The notes: generated by a model from the letters alone, not told the origin. Shown: positions 1-12,366, counted from the first letter of the whole stretch. The stretch: DNA of 62,131 bases, filler included, from Sluysia triapertura (GCA_046118255.1; 5 parts of 5 records of this genome joined end to end with filler, not necessarily neighbours in it); one strand, 5' to 3'. Made by a program: numbers and translations.

Positions 1-2
1 GA

Positions 3-122
3 TCTCATATAACACCCTATCTCAAAGAATTACATTGGTTGCCAATAAAAGCAAGAATAGAATTTAAAATTATGACAGTAATTTACAAATGCTTACAATA
101 TGAAGTCCTGAATAACTCCTAG
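3..122 (+). mobile_element. L2/CR1-group non-LTR retrotransposon ORF2 C-terminal fragment
   Basis: Frame 3 reads SHITPYLKELHWLPIKARIEFKIMTVIYKCL, matching the HITP.L..LHWLP...RI.FK motif at the end of L2/CR1-type RT ORFs. Confidence 0.85.
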
Positions 123-298
123 AAATAATAAAAACATTGGAAAGCAAGATGAATATTTCATTGAGACAATAATAATTTATATAGGTATTTTAAGGCTTCA
201 TTATTTCAAGGCAAGATGGATTGAAACATGTATCTCGCTAATAAAGCAGTTAAATAATCTAACTTTTATTAAAATTGTGACAAATATCAATTGCTAAC

Positions 299-451
299 TT
301 TCATTATAACATTGACGGCGGTGTCACTACCGAGTGATACTTGAATTCCAGGAACATTGTTCGATATTGTTGCTGGTATCAACACTATAGGTATATTAAA
401 TGATTTGAAAGCATTTTTAGATTGTTGAAATTCAATGCAAGACATAAATGC
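299..451 (-). CDS. pfk: ATP-dependent 6-phosphofructokinase, internal exon (C-terminal half)
   Basis: 153-nt phase-0 exon bounded by ttcag| and |gttagc. It encodes AFMSCIEFQQSKNAFKSFNIPIVLIPATISNNVPGIQVSLGSDTAVNVIMK, containing the eukaryotic PFK PATISNNVPG..SLGxDTA.N motif. Confidence 0.93.
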
Positions 452-959
452 CTGAATTGTAATTCAATAAAACTTGAAATTGGTATAATTATGTAAAATA
501 AAATAAATTCCAAAAACAATAAGTCGATAATTTTATCATATTAATTATTTTTTCGATATTACTATAAAATTTTCATCAAAAATTAATTTTAATGCTTCCT
601 TAAGCAATATTTAGTAAATATAGATTCTTCGATAAGCTATTTAAATTGAAAACAATTAAACATTTGAACAAACAAAAAAATTCAATTTTTAAACTCAGCA
701 AAGTTGACTTATTTCAAAAAGTAATTAAAATCTGAAATAACAATGAAATTGATTTTTAAAAAATTCAACTTTTAAATTAAAAACTGTGATAATAATGATT
801 TTCATTTGAATTATAATTCTTATTCGCGATAGTTGTGCATGATATGGTTTTTTAAAATTAAAATGAAAGTGGTCAATAAACTATTGAAATTTAATATAAA
901 CACAAAGTGCATCTCCAATCTTGCTATGATAAAAACACTGAATATTAACTATCTTCAAT

Positions 960-1783
960 ACAGAATTATAAGATCCATCATGTTTGAATTACATGAATTT
1001 TAGTTATTTTGATTGAACCAAGATAACATTCTCAGATGAGAAGAAATTTAATTTGGATGGTCCTGATGGTTATACATACTATTGGCATCATCTAAAGGAT
1101 TCAAAAGAAATGTTTTTTTGAGGATCAGTTATAGTACGGTATTCCATAATTTATAAAATATAAATTTACGCACGGTTCCATCAACTCTTAATGGTGATGA
1201 GTACTATGATTTGATAAAAGAAGTATTTCCGCATGTCAATCTTCCAGAAAATATCAATGTCACCTTTCATCAGGATACCGCTCCATGTCATCGATCTAAA
1301 ACTACACTTAATAAGTTGAGTGAAGATGGATTAAGTGTTAGAGTGGCCAGCAAGATCCCCTGACTTCACTCCAATAGAAAATTTATAGTCTCAATTATTC
1401 TTTAAGATGTACAGAATATCAGTATATCAGTACATCTGAGTTAAAAGATGCAATATTGAATGCTTTGGAAAAGATTGAAATAAAAAGTGTAAATACATTG
1501 ATTAATTCGATGACATTGAAAAACTCAGGAGCACCAATAAAATACTAATTTTGTACAATACACGTTGTATGGTCTCTTAAATAAAGAGTTTGAATAATGT
1601 GTCCTCCTATTATACTTTTAAAACTAAATGCAATATAGTGTAATTAAAAGTGTACTAAAATTGGAAACTATAAATAAGTAATACTTTATTTGTGTTTTAT
1701 TTATTAATTTGTTATAATATAAATTGTGTTTGTACATACATCAAAAAATAGGGGTGTCCTAAACTTTTGGAACAGGATGTGTA
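960..1783 (+). mobile_element. Decayed Tc3/Tc1-like (DD34E) transposon inside the PFK intron
   Basis: ITFSDEKKFNLDGPDGYTYYWH at ~1023-1090, then FHQDTAPCH and EWPARSPDFTPIENL across a frameshift. A Tc1-type terminus (...ggggtgtcctaaacttttggaacaggatgtg|ta) ends at 1781-1783. Confidence 0.88.
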
Positions 1784-2261
1784 TTGTTATCTTATATGAG
1801 GTGTTATGGAATATTTGTACAAGTATCAAAGTAAATTATACATTATTTAATAATAAATGGTTATTTATTGCTTTGTGTTTGGTAATAACTCTTACTCATT
1901 TTAAAATTATTCGTAAACTTTAATTATACACATAACTTTTACTTTGATATTTCTCATAATTATTCAAACTTTCCCCAATATTTTATCTATCGAATTAAAA
2001 ATCTGAAAAATTATAATTCTAACTCATCTCTGATATAAGAAATGGAAGGGTAAATAGAATTTAAAATCTTTTTCAAAGATTCAAAAACCAAAAGATTCTA
2101 GTTGCTGAAACTTCATTAAAATCACAATGATATAAAATCTATAAATGGTAAGGGTAAACGTTCTAAAGATTTATAAAAGAGAATTTCACTTAGACCTCAT
2201 TTGAAAGAAATATATTAACTTTTAGATAGAATACTTACATAAAATAAAGTAGTTCGATCTA

Positions 2262-2791
2262 CAGTGGTGGCCAAATTATTAGGTAAAATTCAACATTTTT
2301 CAAGGATCCTAAGAAACTATTAATCAAAAGTGTATAAATGCACGTTCATAAAACTTTGTCACGGAAAATGTAAAAAACTACTTAATCCAAAAAATTCTGG
2401 TGAAAGTAAAATAATGGATAAAAATACTGAGATCCAAAACATACAGAAATTTTATTCATATAGAATGTTATAAGACAATTTACTCAAATCAAATATGTAC
2501 AAAATGTTGTATCAGTAGTACTTTGTTTGCCCTCCTTTGTTATCCAATAATTTCCTGATCTTTAAAGGAATGCCACGGACGAGCTTGGGTCACAAGTATT
2601 TGATCTTGTCATCATGATGCCATACTTTTATTAGGGTTTCAATAAGTTCTGTCCTGGTGGTGGTTGACAATCTTCCACAGATTTTATATCTGATTCATGT
2701 CTGGAGATTTTCCAGACCACGGTAGCAAATATTAAGAAAACCAAAGAAAAACGTATTTTTCCTGTTTTGTCTAATAATTCGGCCACCCCTG
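2262..2791 (-). mobile_element. Internally deleted Tc1-like element with TIRs and TA target-site duplication
   Basis: Left end ta|cagtggtggccaaattattagg matches right end tctaataattcggccacccctg|ta as an inverted repeat. The minus strand retains LPWSGKSPDMNQI*NLWKIV and ...DNKGGQTKY. Confidence 0.88.
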
Positions 2792-3571
2792 TAAATGCTT
2801 CCAATAGTTTATTGAAATTACAAAGGAGCTAAAAATTACACTCTAATTTTCGTTTCCTTCTTGCATCTCTGTGTATTATGATGGAAAAGCCTCTTCTTAT
2901 ATAATGCTTTTCATAAGCACCATATTGTAGCCAAAAAATTATTTACTTATCTTCTAAAACAATTTCCCCAAATTCGATATCTTCCTATTATCAATTCCGT
3001 TATTTAATCTATGTTGCTTTATAATAAAATACACTTTTAAAATCGTAATATATATTACCAACTTTCTTTATATAACAGCTAATCACGTTCTATAATATTT
3101 TACTGGCTATTGATATTTTTCTGTAGTAAATTTCTATAGTTTTGTTTATAATTACACATGCAACTAATAAATTTGTGTTTTACGTATGATTGTACATATA
3201 TACGTTTGCCTAATATTTATTTATAGTTTTATTTCGATAAATTAGAATTCAATTGGCCAATGACTACAAATTCAATTCACATCTGATTTGTAAAATTATT
3301 ATTATTAAATTTTAATTTTAGATTAGATACAATTACAATAATTAATGGATATTTCAATACCAAGTTCGAAAATAATTTTCAAAAACATAAATAATGATTT
3401 TCAATGTAAATAGTGATAATTATCGACATTTTTTCCGAAATAATTTTTGGATTTAATTATTTATTTTCATGTACATTTACATCTGAAATATTTAGTTGGC
3501 GATTATCTTTAATTTTCGATTCCAATAGTATGGAGAGAATATTTTAATGCAGTAATAGTAATAGTAATAAC

Positions 3572-3662
3572 CTCAAATCCACCAATAATAACCATTCCTG
3601 CGAAGTTATAACTCTCAAAAGCTTCAGCAACTTTGTGAATGCCTAATTTACTGGGAGTTGCT
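3572..3662 (-). CDS. pfk: 6-phosphofructokinase, preceding internal exon
   Basis: 91-nt exon (tttag| ... GAG|gttatt) encoding ATPSKLGIHKVAEAFESYNFAGMVIIGGFE. It splices in frame to exon 299-451 to give the conserved IIGGFEA(F/Y). The intron is 452-3571. Confidence 0.92.
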
Positions 3663-4310
3663 CTAAATATAGAAAATTCTATGTAAAAAGTTACAAAATT
3701 GAAGCTTAATTTTGGTTGTTATCTGCTTTCAAAACTTAACTACGAAAAATGGCAATTATATTGATAAATAATTACTGGAATAATCTTATAAAACAGTGGA
3801 AAAATGAGTATATTTCCGGAACATGCAATTTATTACATGTACTACAGTTTTTTAAAATGTATTATTTAATTATTTAATTATTAGTATTCTGATGCCAACC
3901 TGACAGAAGTATCATTATCAAATAGAAAATCTGTCTTTTAGATCTAACATAACACAAAAAATAAATAAATAAAATAAAACATCGTAATGAAGCTTTAAAT
4001 TTAATGTATCATTATTAATAGTCAATGATATTTTTAGCTATTGTAAAAGTTCAATCTTCTTACACAAATAATAACGATTACGATGATGTTTCATTTTTTG
4101 AGGATTAAATTTGTTAAAAACAATTTTTAAATTAGAATTTACTGTTCACTTAAGGCCTGCAAAATAACAAAAATAACAAATTTGTTTCTGGGAAATTATT
4201 TTTGTCAGGTTTTATTAATTATTCGGTGTTTCCACAAAGAAATGACTTGCCAATTAACTTTGTCAATTAATCTCACTGTTACACAATCTGAAACATTGTT
4301 ATACTATCAT

Positions 4311-4844
4311 CAACGCCAGATAAGGGGTGACTGTCCGGGACGCCAGATTTTGAGGGGCACTGATATAAAAATAAAATATTTTTTAGATTTTATAAATTAA
4401 AATCAATCATTTCTCACGAGACATCGGTTTTTTTAGCAACCAATAAATTTTTTCTTTAATAATACCAAATAAAGGTCACAACACGCCAATTATTTTACAA
4501 ACTGATTTTCAAAAAAAATTAATTTAATTAACTATTTTATTGCATTTTTGACAAATAGCATTACAAAAAATCTTATATGCCACACGTATGAAACAAGAAT
4601 AGCATAACTTAGTTTTCAAAGTTCTCGCTCCTTCGTCGCTCAAACTTCAAATGTGCTCGTTATATTATTCCACATGTTGTATTGCTTGTAAATAAATAAC
4701 TGTTGTATTATTTTTTACACAGTTCTTTATTGTGGAATTTTGATTTTAAACCTTTTTTTACTATTTTTTTCAATTTGCAGTAAATTTATACATGTTCTTG
4801 TAAGAAAGGGCGCCGGGAACTTTCGAAACCCTAGATCTGGCCTG
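4311..4844. mobile_element. hAT-like non-autonomous element (MITE)
   Basis: Degenerate TIRs caacgccagataaggg / ccctagatctggcctg with GC-rich subterminal motifs. Flanked by an 8-bp near-identical TSD: actatcat (4303-4310) and actatcac (4845-4852). Confidence 0.7.
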
Positions 4845-5157
4845 ACTATCACAATTAATTGTTTTATTTTCACGACTAATAGCATAATAAATAAAGATAA
4901 ATTAATGGTCTTCTTGTAATCATCGCTATACGAGCTGGAACTTTTATCCATTTTAGTAGGCACCTTGGGTAATTTTAATGTTACGTTACTATCTTGTTTT
5001 GGGGATTCTTCCGCGCAGATTTTCAATGTAAATAAAGCATTTGCAAAGATTTATAACATTCATCAAAATCATATTTTAACATTGTACACATATTTTAACA
5101 TATTTTAACATTTTATTAAACACCATCATGAAAAGGTGCACCGTCTTCCGCAGAATG

Positions 5158-5400
5158 TACAGGGTGAGTCAGAAGTAACCGGGCAGTCAAAAGGGCACAA
5201 GTTATAAAAATCCAATTTATTATTACATATTAAAATTATGTACATAATCTAACGGAGTAAATGCTCAAAATGTTGGCTGCCTTCTTGAATGCATTTTGCA
5301 GTCCTTCTAACGAAAGAATTTCTCTGCAAGAATTCATTATCATTGCCATTTGATTCTGCCGTTATCAAGGTTTTGTTAAATGATGAAATGATCGACTACA
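5158..5400 (-). mobile_element. 3' end of a mariner/maT-like transposon
   Basis: Terminus ta|cagggtgagtcagaagtaacc. The minus strand encodes NSFVRRTAKCIQEGSQHFEHLLR*, the typical C...G.HFEHLL C-terminus. The terminus resembles the one at ~44075-44101. Confidence 0.75.
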
Positions 5401-5695
5401 AACTTTGGCATTCAGATTACTTAAATGGACTTTTTGTAAGATGTGTTTACATGACCTTAGTGAGTGTACATCAAGAAATCAACCGACTGATCGATGTAAA
5501 CGCCTTTCTGTACACTTAGATCACGAATATCATGACAGCCCTATACATCATACTGAAATTTCATTGGCTCATCATTTTTCTTAAACATAATATATTTTAT
5601 AAACGTTACTATACAATATAGTATTTATTACACATATTGTATAATGACTCCTATTGTATAACGTTTTATAATGGCTCATCATGGTGAAAGTATGC

Positions 5696-5887
5696 AATAA
5701 GGAGGCCAATTTAATTAATTAAAATAATAATTATTTTATAATAATCTTTTAATTATTATAAAATATGAATGTAGAAGATATGTATGAAATTTGTAAATAT
5801 AATTTGAATGTTATCATTTAGTAAAAAAATAATTTAATAAAACATTTTGTTATGCGACGTTTAATTAATTAAATTGACCTCCTTATT
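5696..5887. mobile_element. Short MITE-like element with ~28-bp inverted termini
   Basis: aataaggaggccaatttaattaattaaa and tttaattaattaaattgacctccttatt are inverted copies with 1 mismatch, around an AT-rich non-coding core. Confidence 0.65.
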
Positions 5888-6521
5888 TTAAACATGAACA
5901 GTAATTATGTTATTGTACTTGATTAAAAGTGAGATGAGTCGTCGTTGGATTCTTTAGTTGTTTATCTATTATTTATGACAAACAATTGCGATCTCTTCGA
6001 GATTTAAATAAAAAATATTGTTGGAATGGACAAGTTTGTCAGAATCAAAAATTCATTCTAATCATAAACGAATATATAGAAAGTTTGGACCAGTCAATTT
6101 GAAAATGGATGTATACTGAAACTGGAAGAAGAAATAAAAAATCCCTTAAATGTGACATCACAATAAATGAATCAAATTTCCAAGTCCTTGAAACTGCCAT
6201 GTCGCTAATCATTGGTTTTTTTGTTAATGTACTTGGTACAATAATTATTATCACATTGTTTTTAGTTTATTGGCCTTAATTCTTTGCACATTAGTTTCTG
6301 TTTTACTAGCCTGAGTCTACTCTATAATATTAAATAAAGTCAGATTTCATATAGATATTTCTATATAATTTAAAATTAATAATTTGTTTTTTTTAATTTA
6401 AATAAAACTATTTAGTGCTAAATGTCGTAGTACAATGCATTTAACTTTTCTGTACTATGTAAAGCATTTAAGTATAATTAATATGAATTTATGTTACTTT
6501 ATATTAGTTTTATTTTAGTTT

Positions 6522-6774
6522 TGAAGTCTAACATTTACGAAGTCTAACATTTAGTGAGTCCACATATCGAATACCTTTCTGATGTTGAAATTAATGATTT
6601 ATAAGATGTTTGAGGACAAACATAATTCAATTGGGTGAGATATGTTGCGATAAAAGGCCTAAAGTGTCACAAAGGTAATATTGACTATGATAAAATAAAA
6701 TTGTTAGGCACGGCTGATAGCTCAATGGTAGAGCATCGAACTGCGCAGCGAGAGTTCGATCCCCGGTTAGTCAA
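6522..6774 (+). repeat. Dispersed repeat ending in a tRNA-like sequence (copy 1)
   Basis: About 200 nt are clearly homologous to 49339-49535 (tgaagtctaacatt..gtgag.ccacat.tcgaat...ttgggtgagatatgttg...ggcctaaagt...ttgactat...ttgttag). Confidence 0.8.
6711..6774 (+). pseudogene. tRNA pseudogene / tRNA-derived Pol III head
   Basis: A box TAGCTCAATGGTAGAGC, B box GTTCGATCCC, pairable acceptor ends (ggctga/ttagtc) and a T4 run at 6775-6778. It is ~10 nt short, with the 3' side of the anticodon arm missing, so it is not a functional tRNA. Confidence 0.7.
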
Positions 6775-7249
6775 TTTTAAAGCAGATGTTATGAAAATTT
6801 AAAAAACATAAAGAAATTTCAAAATATGAAAAATTCATTAAACAGATACTGTCATCAATTGTTTGAAAATTAGTTTGACCCTATTAGTAAAAGTTCTAAT
6901 ATTTGATATTCTCTTTAATTGATCTTTATACTTATATATTTTTGTTCTGACTTTTACTCTGCTAATCATAAAATAAATTTAAATTTGGGTTCATCCTAAG
7001 ATAGAGACTTGTGTTTTATATCCAGCTCTCCTATAGGATTTGTTTTATTACTTTTTTCTTTTTCTATAACTAATAGGATGACTAAATCTTTTATCTTCTG
7101 CGATGGTCTTCTTATACACATCTTTTTAAAAGATTGTTGTGTAACTAAGAATTCAAATAACACAATTTTATTGATGGTTTAATCAGTCGCAGAAATTTCA
7201 TAATTTTAAAATAAATATATTAAATATTTATTAAATGTTATATTAGAAT

Positions 7250-8000
7250 TACCCTAAAAAGCGCGGCTTATCTAAGCAAAAAGTTGTTCTTTTTAAAAAT
7301 CTCTACTAAAATTATAAAAAATAAATTTTTTTAAAAGAAAATTTAAATAATAATTTATTCAAAACCACTAGAATGTTTGGGTAACTCTTCTAAACTTTCT
7401 TCACCTTCTCGACATAAAATATGTGATCTATAAAATCCACACTTAATACGATTCATCGTTATATCATTCCATGAATCTTTTATTAAATTAATTAAACCAT
7501 AAGAGCCTCTTTACAAGCTCCTCCCGAAGTAAAAGTATGTGGTCCTTTAGCTATCCAATCAGTCCATTTTTCCCGCAGCTTACTCTTGAATTATCTATTA
7601 AGTGAAATATCCAATGGTTGAGATATCCAGGTTTCACTACTAATCTGGAACGAGATTTGAATTTTATTTATGACGTCATCGATTAAATGGGACTTTTCTT
7701 AATCAGCTATAAACATTGATGACGGATTAAAAAATGAATGGGGTCTTCTTTTCCAACAACTATTCCTCTCGGGAAACCATCTTTCTTTGGAAATGCTTTT
7801 ATTTTAAAGATAATTAATGGTGGTAATTTTTTGCCATCAGTAGGAACACGTAACACAACAGAGAAGTGAGTATTTTCATGGTCTGTTGTTCCAATTCTGA
7901 CTGATTTCGCACCTTTTGGTTCGACAGTGTAATTGGTTGGCATATCAAAACATACAGGAACTTCATCCATGTTTCCAAGATGTTTTGGCTCCACTCCTTT
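7250..8000 (-). mobile_element. Decayed pogo/Tigger-family (DDE_1) transposon
   Basis: ORF 7707-7994 contains GNMDEVPVCFDMP...KGAKSV..TTDHE..F.VVL...DGKKLPPLIIFK. Downstream frame-broken QPLDISLNR*FKSKLREKWTDWI..G.HTFTSGG. Confidence 0.9.
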
Positions 8001-8259
8001 TATAATTTCCGAACAAAATGCTCTAAATGTTGTGGTTTGATATTATTTAAAGGCTTTAATTTGAAAATTAATTTTATAAAGAAATTTGGTTCATACTTGT
8101 TAAAAAAATATATTAATTTCATCAAATTCTTAATTTTTAAATTTTTACAGTATCTAAAACTTTGACAGATATAACTAATAATAAAGAAGCTAAAATTACG
8201 CAAAAATCTATTTAAAACATTTTTAATATTTATTATTTTAGTGCCGTAGATACCACTTA

Positions 8260-9369
8260 CTAAATTCGTGTTTCGCTCTCTAAATAAAAATAAAAGATTA
8301 TAATATCATTGATAAAAAGATAAAAATCATTTACTTCACGTTCATCCATACATAAAATGTTGTGGAACAAATTTCGAATTGGTAATCCAAGACTTCCGAG
8401 GATATTTTCAAGGATAGAGCAGTGATCGGAATAGGGCGTAACTTCGGTATTAAGAGTTGTTAATTGGTTGACCGTGTGTGCATATTGGCAATAGATGCCA
8501 GACTTGATACAAATGCCCTTTTGATCACTGTTGAATGGGTAGAATGCCTTTTTGATAAGTTGACTCGAATTTGGTGAGCTTAAAGCGTTTGCACATTTTT
8601 CTGACTGTATGGTGGTGTCTTGGAAATTATTATGATGTGAACTCCTCTCATTATTCTTGCCAATCACTTGCGTAGCTTAGTGATTTATATTCTACAGTAT
8701 AATCGTTTATATTCATCATAATATTAACTAAAACTGGGAATTGCATTTGTATGTTTTGAGAAAAAATGTCATCACCATCACTAATTATAATAGATTCCAT
8801 ATTCATTGATTCATCATCGACATTAAGAACTTCAAACGAATCAATAACGGTGTTGTTAGAATCTAAGTTAGCTAATTTTAATGCATCTGAATTAAACCAC
8901 ATATTTACTAAAGGTGATACTGAATATCGCTTAAAATGTAAATCTTCGATCGACTTTAACAATGCGCAAAATATTTCAACCATTTCAAGATCTCTTGGAA
9001 ATAAACTCTTAGGATAAAAACGATTCAAAAAATCGTATTATATTTTACTGATTCAATATAACGATTTAAAGTTAATTCATGGATAATGTGCCGAAACCAA
9101 ATTCTCACGTAATCAATATTTGTAACGGGATTACTAACATCGTACAGGTATTCAAAAAATTCTTTCGAAATTATGTCTTTTATAACTCTCCAAAATTCAT
9201 AATCAAAAACCAGCTTGGGCATATTAAACTTTAGGAATATAATAGATGTACAACTAATTTGATGATGGAGTATTGCTTCAACGACAGAACAGCAATTAAC
9301 TTCTTTCTACGTTAATTTAACTTGTTTAAATCTTTTCTAGTATTCTATAATTGACTTCTTTTTATTCAT
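8260..9369 (-). pseudogene. PLEKHM1-type RUN domain + CCCH zinc-finger chimeric gene (two TAG stops, two frameshifts)
   Basis: ATG at 9369 is in frame with ORF 9025-9222 through two TAG codons. RUN motifs: CSVVEAILHHQI, FWRVIK, VRIWFR, LNRFY....PRDLE...F..LLKSIEDLHF, followed by SPLVNMW...ALKLANL (PLEKHM1-like). C-terminal F(Y)PF..DQKGICIKSGIYCQYAHTVNQL is CCCH-like with the first Cys changed to Tyr. Confidence 0.75.
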
Positions 9370-9519
9370 TTAATTTAACTTTAATAAATTATCAATAAAA
9401 ATGATGAAACTGCCATTTTTATTTACGAATAATTAAATTGATTTTTATTCTCGTGTTACTAGCACTAAAAATAATGAAATATTGAGTCAACAAAAATTGG
9501 ATTATGTACATGTGTCTGG

Positions 9520-9674
9520 ACTGGCTGTCCAACCAGAGATATAAAAATAATGCAGAGATTCACTCTGGTTGGACAACCAGTAATAATATGAATTACTTTT
9601 ATGTTGTAAAATCACCAACTATCAACGGTGACAGGAATTAATAGATGGCAACATACAATGTCACCATTCATAGT
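9520..9674 (-). promoter_or_regulatory. Double stem-loop upstream element, copy A
   Basis: IR 9520-9538/9563-9581 (18/19 match, 24-nt spacer, ccaaccag core) and IR 9618-9633/9659-9674 (14/16, 25-nt spacer), ~150 nt upstream of the ATG at 9369. Promoter function is inferred. Confidence 0.6.
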
Positions 9675-9724
9675 GGCTATCATTGATTGAAAAATCAAAT
9701 TTAATTTAACATTGATAAAAATAA

Positions 9725-9790
<66 letters not shown>
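9725..9790. repeat. (AAT)n microsatellite
   Basis: Direct trinucleotide repeat. Similar tracts at ~22789-22850, 25070-25131, 44413-44456, 45303-45363, 49839-49909, 56941-56986 and 62064-62131. Confidence 0.95.
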
Positions 9791-9791
<1 letters not shown>

Positions 9792-12266
9792 TAATTCGAT
9801 AAAACAGAAATACAAATTAATTCTTAAATCCATTAAAATTAATAACTTTTTTATAAAAATTTCTTACATTAAAAATATATTTAAATTTAACAATATAATT
9901 ATGTTTTAATTAATTAATTATTTTAATTTTTATTTACGTTTAAGTAAATTGTTTTTTTTTAAATATTTTTTTTTAAAAAATAATACTCTTGAGAGTAATA
10001 CAGTGAGAGTTATTCATTTGTTTAGCAAACTAAATTTTCTAGTAAATTAATTAATTTAATTAAATTTAATTTGAAGAAAAATTATTATTATTTTTGTTTA
10101 ACTTACTTATAAACTTAAGTAACATAAATAAAGATTGTTTTTTTGTTAAATTTAATCTATAAAGAAAAAAAAACAAAAATAAATTTTAATGATTAATATT
10201 TAATAATCCAGACGTTGTACTGTATCATTTTGTGAAATATATTTTTTTTATCACGTAAACATGGATATAATTTTTTTGTCTTTCATCATTAATTAATTAA
10301 CTAAAAGAAAATTTGAAAAAGACAAACCTAAATATATGTATATTTATTTATTTATTTATTAAAATTTTTATTTACTTACAATAGTTAGTAATTAAAAATT
10401 TACAAAATTTTCTTAAATAATCCCATTTTTAATAGAATGTATTTAATCAATGAATATTTTATACTTATATTTGAATAATTCAAAATTATTTTTGATTAAT
10501 GTAAATAACAGTTTTGTAGAATCTCTTCAAGATAAGTTGTTCGTATGTTATGCTTGAATGATAATTTAATAAAGGTTTTTAGTTGTTGGCTACCAACCAA
10601 AAGTTATCTTGTTAGTAGACATGTAAACTGAAATTCGAATTTAAAATTATCGAACAAATTCGATTCTAAAGTATGTCATGGAAATGTCAACGTATTGCAA
10701 GAAAGTACGTGGAGAATAAAGCTTAAGATAAATAGATAGTGAGTTCACCAATGTGTTGGGCTTACTAACTGAATGGCCAACCGTTGGATTTTTTAACTTA
10801 AAAATGGAGGTTGAAAAGGCTATTCCTAGACTAGTCAATTTAATATTCTATTCAATAATCAATAATTAAACAATTATAAAGTTAAACTGATTCAAAAGGG
10901 TATTAATGTTCTGCTCTAAATATTTAATAATTTAACAATTAATATTTTAGGGGACAATTGATTTTATTATTGATTTTAAACGATTTAAAAAAATATAGCA
11001 ATGAAGATTTTGCTCTGGTTTGAATATACAAACCTTATGAATATTGATTTTACTTAGGTTCGGTATAAATGAATTTTATGAGAGTTTACTTAGGTTCTCT
11101 CAGGAACCTGATCAATTAATTTAAGATGAATGAACAAAATTAAATCGAAAATTTTATTACTACAATTTAACTTGAATAAATAAAAATTATATGTTACAAT
11201 GGGATAATAATAAAATGATATATAATTTGAAAAAGATTATTATTTTAATAATCTTAATAGAAATTTTAATAAAGATTTTACTCAGCTATCTATAAACGAT
11301 AGCTCTAATGATTAAAAATAAATTTTAAGTGTATTTTAGAAAATCAAGTTTAAAACTTGCAAGAACTTATAATATAGAAAACTAACGATACGAAGTAAGT
11401 GGTTCTGCAATTAATTGTTCTCAATAGAATGGATTATGTTTGATCGGAGTAATCTCTCGAAGCTTGAAGGTTGCGAACTGCTGTTAACAAAATGCTTGAT
11501 AAGTTGATTGAAAATGGTATTTGTTTTGCAAGTTATGAAAAGTTATGAGAATGTCAAAGAAAAGTCAAGCTATTTATACTTATTTGAAGGTTAAGTTTAT
11601 AAGATTAAAACAAAGTAATTTTAATAACAATAATTTTAATAATAATATTAATAATTTTAGTAATAATTTTAATAATAATTTTAATAATATAAATAATTTT
11701 AACATATAATAAAAATACAATGTTAATAATAAAACTTAGTAATAATTTTAATAATAATAATAATTTTAACAAATAATAAAATATAACAAACCTGGAAGAT
11801 GAACATTAATTTTATCATTAAATTTTTCCAATACTTAAAATTTAAAATAAATATTTAAATGACTAATTTTATAATTTTAATTGTTAATATAATATTTTAG
11901 TGATTATACTGAACTTTAATACTTTATAGAGATTTAGACTTTATATTTAATAGAGACATAGTTTACATTTAATATTAGTTTACATTTAATAGAGACTAGA
12001 AACTTAGACTTTACAAATAATAAAATCGTAATAATGATAAGGAATTTAGATCTAATAAGGGTCTAGCTTTAGTAAACTCTACCCTGTGATAATTATATTA
12101 TAATTGGTCTTACGCACCAACTAAAGTTTTTGATTTTAGATTTTAAAATGAATTTTATAAATCAGTCTTAATGACCAACCTTTAAAAAAATGATAGTTTA
12201 GGTATTATTTTATGACTTTTTGAAAGTTTAAAATCTTATTTACCAAGCTTACTAATTAATTTGTTG

Positions 12267-12366
12267 NNNNNNNNNNNNNNNNNNNNNNNNNNNNNNNNNN
12301 NNNNNNNNNNTTAATTAATTAANNNNNNNNNNNNNNNNNNNNNNNNNNNNNNNNNNNNNNNNNNNN
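12267..12366. other. Artificial contig linker N44-TTAATTAATTAA-N44
   Basis: Identical 100-nt spacer containing stops in all frames; recurs at 25143, 37567 and 49910. Confidence 0.97.

Noticed and set aside
6711-6774. Functional tRNA gene
   Set aside because: The anticodon arm is incomplete and it is embedded in a dispersed repeat.
8766-9017. + strand 83-aa ORF (also 43621-43866, 5289-5519, 18096-18906 + ORFs)
   Set aside because: Antisense shadows of coding or transposase remnants on the other strand.
9612-9833. Poly-Tyr/Asn/Ile/Leu ORFs (also 22778-23008 tail, 44337-44639, 56810-57164)
   Set aside because: These are translations of (AAT)n microsatellites.
11380-11590. Gypsy RNase H-like remnant (also integrase-like hints at 12370-12800 and LINE endonuclease-like 28110-28450)
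   Set aside because: Too degenerate to support by eye; needs a profile search.
12311-12322. TTAATTAATTAA recurring every ~12.5 kb as a biological periodic element
   Set aside because: It is always centred in exactly 44+44 Ns, so it is an assembly linker. Cross-linker gene neighbourhoods were not interpreted.
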